From Podarcis muralis (Eukaryota), in NCBI RefSeq assembly GCF_964188315.1, contig NC_135655.1:132742001-132806000 (forward strand): a stretch of DNA of 64,000 bases, read 5' to 3'. The notes under the pieces were generated by a model. The model had not been told where the DNA came from, made no database searches, and worked only from the letters and a program-made list of their open reading frames with translations. This document shows, in pieces, positions 56,247-64,000 of the stretch. Made by a program: the position numbers and the translations under genes. The stretch's first letter is position 1. Each line of letters starts with the position of its first letter.

Positions 56247-56510
56247 GGCCTCCGCCGAGCGTGCCGCGGACGAGGAGCAGCGAGCGACCGGAAGGAAGGG
56301 AGCGGAGGAGGAAGGCAGCTGGCCGGGCGGCTGGGAGGCAGCGCCACCTGGCGGCCCCTCGGCGCAGCACCGCTTCCCTGCCAGGCGCGCGCCGGCTTCC
56401 CGCTCCGAGCTCCCTTTTCTCCTCTGCCGGCGGAGCAAACCGGGGCTGCAGCCCCACGGAATCGAGGAGTGGGGCGGGAGAGAAAGGGGGTCGCTGTTTT
56501 TCTGCGTCGC
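56040..56510. promoter_or_regulatory. CpG island over the MED4 promoter and exon 1
   Basis: GC- and CpG-rich block around the ATG; CCGGAAG ETS-like site at about 56287. Confidence 0.8.
56155..56246 (-). CDS. MED4: MED4 exon 1, coding part (92 bp)
   Basis: gccATGG Kozak context; [30 protein letters not shown](R); GTGGGT donor. Confidence 0.93.
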
Positions 56511-57479
56511 CCTGAGCTTAGTATTACTGCAACATTTTTATATGCAGCTGTTGTTGTTTTGTAAAATTGGTAACTGTTTTAAGTTGCATTAGTTTTCTCT
56601 ACGTGCAGCATGCGTATATTTTTATATTACGTGTATAGAAATGGAGTAACAAAAATGAATGGGCAGTAGCCAGGGTTTATGTTGGGGAGGGCAGGTTCCA
56701 TGTTGGAGGCAAACGGGGATCAAACCTGCAACCATAGCACCACCCTCTAACCAACCGGGATAGTAGTAGCATTTCATGTACAGTATATTTATTTATAACC
56801 CGTTTTTCCAACTTACATATAAAAGTAGGGGAGGCGGTTAACAATCATAAAAATACAGTTTGCTGCACAATTACAGGTACACTAAGATGTCTCATAATGT
56901 ACCTGGACTGCAAATAATCTCTTCTGATATATATCCCTTTATACAGAGTAATAATCTACTAGCAAGACAACACATTTTGCATAGCCATTTTGCCATGATT
57001 CAGACCAAAGGAAGAGCACACATTAAATAAAATTTAATAAATAGTAATAAATCTATGGCCTTCAAAATGTGTTTGAAGGGGGTTCGGGTTTTTTATGTAT
57101 TTTGGGTTCTCATTTTGTATTTTTATGTTGTGAACCACCCTGTGATCTTCGGCTGAAGGGTAGTATACAAATTTAATAAATAAAAATAATTAACAAAACC
57201 AGATGTCAGGATGCTTCTAGATGCCCTGCCTGCTGTTTGTGGAGAGATCATCCTGATTTGTTTGTGCAAAGTCAGGCAAAGTTACAGCCAACAAGTGTGA
57301 TCCCACACTTTCCAGTGCATTTCCCTGTCACTTTCCTTATTGCAAAAGGTCTCATAATCTTTTGGGGAAATGGGTTTTTTGTTTTGTAAGAGTTTCAAAC
57401 AGCTTTAATTATGCAGCCTCGATTTGCCAGCATGCGAGTGAATCCCTCCTGAAAATAGCGACCCTCTGGAAGCGGTCTC

Positions 57480-58350
57480 AGCTTTGAGGCAGTCCTGCGG
57501 CGATGGGGAAAAAAGCAGCTGGAGATGTCAGAATAGTGCGGCTGGCGCCGGTGTTGCTGTGTGGACGCTGCGCAAGGACGGAGCAGGAGCCCTGCCGGAT
57601 GAGGCCGGGGCCGGAGCCTCCCACCAGACGCCTGCGGGGAACTAGCGAGCAGACCGGGATCGGGAGCCTCGGCGGAGGGCGGAGCCTAGTGGCCCAGCGA
57701 CAGCCCCGCCCCCGCCCTGCATTCGCCGCCTCCTCTTGGAAAGCCGCCCCGTGGCAGGGAGTTCCGCGGGCTGACTAGGACTCGACAGGCGGCGCCTGGC
57801 CACGGCCCAGCCCGGGGAGAGCAGCGGCCCGCCGGAGCCAGCGCGTCTGCGCCCCCCGCCGCCGCGCACGCGCACTGCCGCCGAGGCCAGTCCTGAGGGA
57901 GGAGGTGGATCATGGCCGCCTCCATGATGGGCGCCCGGGCGGCGGCGGCGGCGGCGAAGCAGCTGCTGGGCTGGGGCTGCGCGGAGCGGAGCGCCGCTGC
58001 CAAGGTGAGCGGGGCCGGGCCTCCCTTTGCTCGCCGCGCCCGCGGAGGGAGGACGCCGCGAGGGGACGGGCAGGCAGAGGCGGGGGCAGCGAGGGAAGGT
58101 CACCGGGCGCCTCAGCGACAGGCCTCCGGGGCGGAGCCAGCGGGAGCGCGCCGGGTGCGGGGCAGGGGGCGCCGGGTGCGGGTCCCTCCACGGCCCCCGG
58201 GGGGAGAACCCTCGGAAATGGCGAGGATCGGGACGGGCCTCGCCGGGAGAGGCGCCCGGCCCCGCGCAGGATCCGCGCCTCGCCTCCCCTCGGGGCCGGG
58301 GACAGGGAAAGGGGGCTCCGTCTTCGTGTCACCCCCCCGCCAAACTCAGA
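57480..58350. promoter_or_regulatory. CpG island over the SUCLA2 promoter and exon 1, with NRF1 site at 57863-57874
   Basis: CGCGCACGCGCA fits the NRF1 consensus YGCGCAYGCGCR (typical of nuclear-encoded mitochondrial genes); GC boxes at about 57673-57717. Confidence 0.8.
57912..58004 (+). CDS. SUCLA2: SUCLA2 exon 1, coding part (93 bp, mitochondrial presequence)
   Basis: [31 protein letters not shown]; AAG|GTGAGC donor, phase 0. Confidence 0.9.
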
Positions 58351-61300
58351 GAGGCTGCCAGCCAAGGCTGACATATTTGCAGAAGAAGAAAGCAGTTAAC
58401 AGGGCATCGCGTACTTTGGATTTCCTTTGCTTTCTTAGTGATCATTCTTCACCTTTAGAGTTTGTATTTCTGAGGGTCTCACATAAAACAGATGCTGCTA
58501 CTATTTCTGTTGGAAGCATTTTCTCAACACATCTCAGCCTCCCACCATCCTGCCTGTGTGATATTTATTTATTCAGAGCGTTTGCTCCCTGCTCCTCAGC
58601 CAAAAAGGCTCCTAGCATGGTTTACATACAGTCAAAGAACAAGACAGTTCCTATCTGTAGAACTTAACAATCTAAAAAAAGCAAAAAGACACAAGAGAAA
58701 AGGATCAGCGAGGGAAGAGCACCAGTTTCTAAAGAGCTGTTCCCATCATGACCAGCTGGCCCAGTCCAAGGGGCAGGAGGTGCCCGAGGGAGCTGGGCCT
58801 CTAGCAAAGTGGGTGACACGAGCCCTGCTTCTTCCTGTCTCTTCCACTAAGGCAGCTGGGTGCCATAGCTGCCCCTGGGTGACAGCTGAGAGGGGACCTG
58901 GTGGGGCTGGGCTGTCACAGCAGAGCGATGGCATGAACTCTGACTCTCAGCTCTCCCACTGCTGGAATGTAAGTCCCTGTGTGTCATGAGCTTGAGATGC
59001 TGTTCCTCCTGTTTGTAGCAACTTTGTGGAGGCATTTTTCTTTCTCCATTTTGGCTTTATTTAGGTTTAATAAATATAGACACGGTGTAATATGTTGTGT
59101 GTTGTTCATCTGAGGGTTGTATTTACCTATTTTATAGTTCTGTTAAAGAACAGATGATTGTTATTATGTCCTGATATGTAAAGGAGGTTGTACTTTTTTT
59201 TCTCCATGACTATACCTGTTGTGCAGGCTGCTGAGTAAGTGTTATGCAGATCTCAAGCAGTCAGTCCCTGAGTACAATTCTGGGAAATTGGTATTACAGA
59301 TTGAAGTAAAATGTGTTAGCCTTGGTCACAAACATTGAAGTATAATTTATGTTCTTGATATCAGAGTTACTGTTTTCTATGTGGCTGTATCTTTTTATTA
59401 ACTACTGTACCTTTGTGGCTTTTGGTGGTTCTTTTTCCCCTTAATGAATTTTTGGCAATATAAACAGACCCAATACAATGGGACCTATGTAGTAAGCATA
59501 TCATAAATACAGATTACATAGCTGCTGCTAAAAGCTGTAAATGAAAGTGGCAACCAAAATGTTTTCTTTGCCTGTTTGATTTCTTTCTGTTGGATTCTGA
59601 TACCAGTCAGTGCATGGGTAACCAGCATGGTGCTATATAGATGTTGCTGGACTCCAGTTCCCAACAGTCCTGTCTGTGGGCCATGCTGGCTGGACTGTGG
59701 TGCCCAGAGCTGATGGGAGTTGGAGTCCAACAGGCTCTGGATGGCACCATGTTAGCTATCCCCAGTTATATGGAGTGGAAGCTCTTCAGGTGAATTGTTT
59801 TCCCACTGAATATATGCCATTTCATTAATAGGAATGGGGCTTATTATGTCTGTTCCTGTTTAGAGCTCATGGCTCTTTTCACACTGATACTCTTTGTGCC
59901 AATTCTTAGTCCACTTTAGCAGTGCTGGCTCAACCATGAACTCAACAATGCTATTAGGCTTTAGTTGAAAACTTTATTCGCAATAGCCAATGGCCATAGC
60001 AACATAAAACAAGTAATATATACAATTAAAAAGACAACAATGGGTAAAAAGGGCAATCAAATGACCAAGATTATCATTCAGATAGTGGCCCTTAATCTTA
60101 TTGCACCCTCAATAAACCTAGCAACCTTTGCTGTTGTCTGATCATTTAGATCTGATAAAAGAAAGAACAATGTAGTCGCAGATGGGCAGCCTGGGATGGT
60201 AAGTAAGAGTGGGGTAATGATCTCATTCCTCAGATCTTTATAAAGGGGCAGGACAGTGTTCAAAATTAGCCAGGTGCCAGGCATATTTTGCACCTGAAGA
60301 TCAGCCACTTGTGTGTTTTTTTAAATAAATTTTTATTGGGTTTTCACATTTTATATAGACAACACAAACACACAAAGACAAAAACAAACATGTATAATTT
60401 CAAATCCTTACTTTCTTAACCACTTTCCCTGACTTCCCCTCACCTCCCCTTCATGCATCCCAATTCCAATAATTAGCTCAGCAAGTTCTTCTCTCTCATC
60501 CTTACAATATTATTATCATTTTTTAACTTGGTTCTTCTTGGTTAGCCAAATTTAACTTATACACAACTATTATAAACATTACATCCTTTTCTAAGGTCGA
60601 CCCAGATTCCCTTCCACAAATTTCCCTTTTTTATATTAATTATTGGTCATGATAACTAAACACCAAAAAACATAAAAGTTCTTAAAGTTCTAGATCAGCC
60701 ACTTGTGACCAAGAGAAGCTGCCTGGGCACCAGGATGGTGCCTGACATCTCCGCCATCTGGAGGTGCATGCCTGGGGATCATTGGATCTTGACAGTTTTC
60801 ATACACTAATACCACATCCTGTAGAATTCTATCAGTTATATTTTATCTGCACAATCAAAATGAATTTCAGGAACCAAAATGCTTGAGCAGGAGCAGTGAA
60901 CAGTGTTATACAGTAGTTGATTGATGTAGCTTGCCTTCACTTACCCCACTGCCCTGCTCACAGTTCTGAAGAATATACTTGCGTTATGAAACAGAGGCTG
61001 GAATAGGCCGATATATATGTGGACTGTCCCTGCATCAAGTGAATTTTCTTTCTTAAGTTTTCAAAGTTCTTATCCTAACTCAAGATTGTCATCTGAACTA
61101 GCCATATGTTTAATGGAGTTGTCTTGCCCCCAAATGGCAACTAGACACTACATTTTGCTTGAAGGAGCCATTTGGCACCTAGCTTATATATCTGACTTTC
61201 TATCTGACTGATTGTGACTGATTTAGACTCTAAAGCAGATAATCTGCCCCCAGGCACACAGTGACAGAAAAGAATGGCATTCTAAAACGTATTCATAGAA

Positions 61301-62914
61301 TCATAGAATTGGATGGGACCCCAAGTGTCATCTAGTCCAGCCCCCTACAAGGCAGGAATCTAGCTAAGGCATCCATGACTGATGGCCATGCACCTTCTAC
61401 AGTGGTGCCTCGCAAGACGAAAATAATCCGTTCCGCGAGTCTCTTCGTCTAGCGGTTTTTTTGTCTTGCGAAGCAACCCTATTAGCGGCTTAGCGGTTTA
61501 GCGGCTAAGCGGCTAAAAGGCTATTAGCGGCTTAGCGGCTTAGAAAAAGGGGGGGGGAGCGGAAAAAAATCGCAAGACTCGCAAGACGTTTTCGTCTTGC
61601 GAAGCAAGCGCATAGGGAAAATTGTCTTGCGAAGCAACTCAAAAACGGAAAATCCTTTCGTCTAGCGGGTTTTTCGTCTTGCGAGGCATTCGTCTTGCGG
61701 GGCACCACTGTACTTAAAAACCTCCAATGAAAGAGTCCACAACCTCCCATGGGAGTATGTTCCACTGTCAAACAGCTCTTACCGACAGAAAGTTTTTCCT
61801 GCTGTTTAGTTGGAATCTTTTCTTGTAACTTGAAGCCATTGGTTCAGGTTAGACCCTCCAGAGCAGGAGAAAACAAGCTTGCTCCATGTGACAGCCCTTG
61901 GGATATTTGAAGACAGCTATCATATCTTCTCTCAGTCTCCTCTCTTCCAGGCTAAGCATACCCAGCTCCTTCAACCATTCCTTATAAGGCTCGGTTTTCA
62001 GACCCTTGATCATCTTGGTTGCCCTCCTCTGCACACATTCCATCTTGTCAATATGCTTCTTAAATTGTAGTGTCCTGAATTGGTGGTCTGACCAAGGCGG
62101 AATAGAGCAGTACTATTACTTCCCTTGATCTTGTCACTAGACTTCTATTGAATGCAGCCTAGAATAGTATTAGATTTTTTTTTGCTGCTGCATTATACTG
62201 TTGACTCATGTTAAGCTTATTTCTGTTTTGTATATTCTAAAATATGATTTGCAATTGCTTTAAGATTGTTAATGTCTCCTCAACATAATAAGCAGTACTG
62301 TGGTACCTCGGGTTCAGAACTTAATTTGTTCTGGAGGTCCATTCTTAACCTGAAACTGTTCTTAACTTGAAGCACCACTTTAGCTGCCATTGTACCACCA
62401 CCGTGCAATTTCTGTTCTCATCCTGAAGCAAAGTTATTAACCTGAGGTACTGTTTCTGGGTTAGCAGAGTCTGTAACCTGAAGCGTCTGTAACCTGAAGC
62501 GTCTGTAACCCGAGGTACCACTGTATTGCTTTGCCATTTTTCTCCCTGTTTGATATATGTCATTATTATTTACATACCCCCATCCCCTTCATCTCAACCA
62601 GAGGGTGAAGCTGCTGTTTATCCCTTGGCTGTGTCACTGTAAAAAGATCACGTTTTGGTTGTTTATATAGTAAAGTATGTAAACTGTAAATAAATGAAGC
62701 CTTGTTAAACTGAAAGTCGTGTTCCTATTTTCCTAGGTATTCAGTGGAAGACAAGGTTTGTTTCCTAGCTATGTGTTCCAAGTGCAGCAACGAAGGAGCT
62801 TGTCGCTGCATGAATACTTAAGTATGGAACTATTAAAAGAAGCTGGCATTTCTGTTCCATATGGATTGGTTGCAAAGACACCAGAGGAAGCTTACAACAT
62901 TGCAAAAGAAATAG
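57912..62914 (+). CDS. SUCLA2: Succinate-CoA ligase [ADP-forming] beta subunit, 5' part (exons 57912-58004, 62737-62914); gene continues beyond the right edge
   Basis: MAASM start, Ala/Arg-rich presequence, then [45 protein letters not shown](G) matching SUCLA2 exon 2; GT-AG junctions. Confidence 0.95.
60254..60964. repeat. Copy B of the ~270-bp duplicate, interrupted by an L1 and a ~44-bp indel
   Basis: Collinear with 53865-54134 once 60314-60707 and 60881-60924 are removed. Confidence 0.9.
60314..60691 (-). mobile_element. L1-type 3'UTR-only insertion
   Basis: Poly(T) start; 16-bp TSD AGATCAGCCACTTGTG at 60298-60313 and 60692-60707. Confidence 0.85.
61292..62218 (-). mobile_element. CR1 LINE 3' part, interrupted by a MITE
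   Basis: (CATAGAAT)n tail; [14 protein letters not shown]...[17 protein letters not shown]. Confidence 0.9.
61398..61712. mobile_element. Tigger-type MITE (family B, short form) nested in the CR1
   Basis: TA-flanked TIRs; matches 22875. Confidence 0.88.
62296..62525. mobile_element. Tigger-type MITE (family A)
   Basis: TIRs and core as in 5552. Confidence 0.85.
62737..62914 (+). CDS. SUCLA2: SUCLA2 exon 2 (178 bp)
   Basis: ttttcctAG acceptor, GTATAG donor; SLHEY..ELL.EAG.SVP motif. Confidence 0.96.
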
Positions 62915-63174
62915 GTATAGAACTGAAGTCTATAGATGTAGTAAATGTTTTCTTTTTGTTGTTTTTCCTCCATGCACAAAGTTTTAGAGACTTAATAGGT
63001 AGTGGTAAAACTGCTTACATTTTTCAAATTCTTGCTTCTTTCTCAATTTCTGAGATCCTACAAAATCACTTTAGGAGAGAGAATACCATTCAGAGATTTG
63101 TCAACTGTGAAGTACTTAGATGTACTTTTTGACACTAGTTATGTTACTGACACTTTCCAAAACCCAATTGTATA

Positions 63175-64000
63175 TACAGTGGTGCCTCGCAAGACGAAAT
63201 TAATTCGTTCCGCAAGTTTTTTCTTCTTGCGAGTTTTTCGTCTTGCGATGCACGGTTTCCCATAGGAATGCATTGAAAATCAATTAATGCGTTCCTAGGG
63301 AAACCGACTTCAGACCAGGTCTGGGGACAGTCTGTCCCCCGACCTCTTCTGAAGGCTGGGGGGGGGGACAAGGGCTTTTCTTCCCACCCCCAGCATTTAA
63401 AAAAACCCCGGGACAGCGGAGGGCTTCTCCGCTGTCCGGGGCGATCTTAAAATGCTGGCAGGCGGCATTTTAAAATCGCCCCGGGACAGCGGAGGACTTC
63501 TCCGCTGTCCGGGGCAATTTAAAAGCCCCTGGGAAGGCAGGTAGGGGGGACAAAGACATTTGCCCCCCGCCCTCCTTCAGAAGAGGTCCAGGACCTCTTC
63601 TGAAGGCTGGCGGGGGCGAAAGTCTTTGCTCCCCCCCGCCTGCCTTCAAAAGCTGTCCGGCCAAGGCTTCGCGGACCTCTCCGCAAGCAGCGGCAGCGCT
63701 GCCGCTGCTTGCGGAGAGTTGCCGGCATGCCGAAGCCTGCGCGCGCTGAGATCAGCGCGCCCAGGCTTCGCGGACCTCTCCTGCCTTCAAAAGCCATCCG
63801 GGATAGCGGGAAGCGCTTCCCTGCTATCCCGGACTGCTTTTAAAATGCTGGCGGTGGGGAGCAAAGCCTTTCGGCCCCCGCCAGCCTTCCTGGACCTCTT
63901 CTGAAGGCCGGAGGGGGGGGGGAAGGCTTTGCTCCCCACCGCTAGCATTTAAAAGAGGTCCCCGGAGATTTCCCTATGGGCTTTCATCTTGCGAAGCAAG
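63175..64000. mobile_element. Tigger-type element (family B, long form), truncated by the window edge
   Basis: First ~480 bp and last ~40 bp match 47252-48624; the middle differs. Confidence 0.88.

Noticed and set aside
55984-58989. Long ORFs (139-251 aa) over the MED4 and SUCLA2 islands
   Set aside because: Read-through of exon 1 into GC-rich introns, or antisense frames of the islands.

Overview
Vertebrate genomic DNA, almost certainly a squamate and most likely a lacertid lizard (inferred from Sauria SINEs, Bov-B, and squamate L2/CR1/L1 and Tigger/hAT MITE repeats). The window is the orthologue of the human 13q14 RB1 neighbourhood. It holds five intron-containing genes, traced exon by exon with GT-AG junctions and consistent phases: RB1 exons 1-3 (minus, gene runs off the left edge), ITM2B (complete, 6 exons, 269 aa, minus), NUDT15 (complete, 3 exons, 165 aa, plus), MED4 (complete, 7 exons, 259 aa, minus) and SUCLA2 exons 1-2 (plus, runs off the right edge). 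Each 5' end sits in a CpG island. Most of the remainder is transposon-derived, and there is one 166-N assembly gap. Most notable observations: (1) NUDT15 encodes Cys at the position of human Arg139, the residue of the human loss-of-function thiopurine-toxicity allele R139C; (2) the NUDT15-MED4 block is inverted relative to the human/mouse order as I recall it, leaving MED4 and SUCLA2 head-to-head 1.7 kb apart; (3) the RB1 ETS/ATF promoter core is conserved with a repositioned, flipped E2F site, in a small island hemmed in by an L1 and a CR1; (4) an inverted pair of young SINEs flanks RB1 exon 2; (5) the young SINE copies are mosaic; (6) Tigger-type MITEs carry interchangeable cores, including a 110-bp minisatellite and a 120-bp palindrome. 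I found no evidence for a wholly new protein-coding system; the long GC-rich ORFs are CpG-island or repeat artefacts. Gene and repeat names come from my recall of the families, not from database searches.
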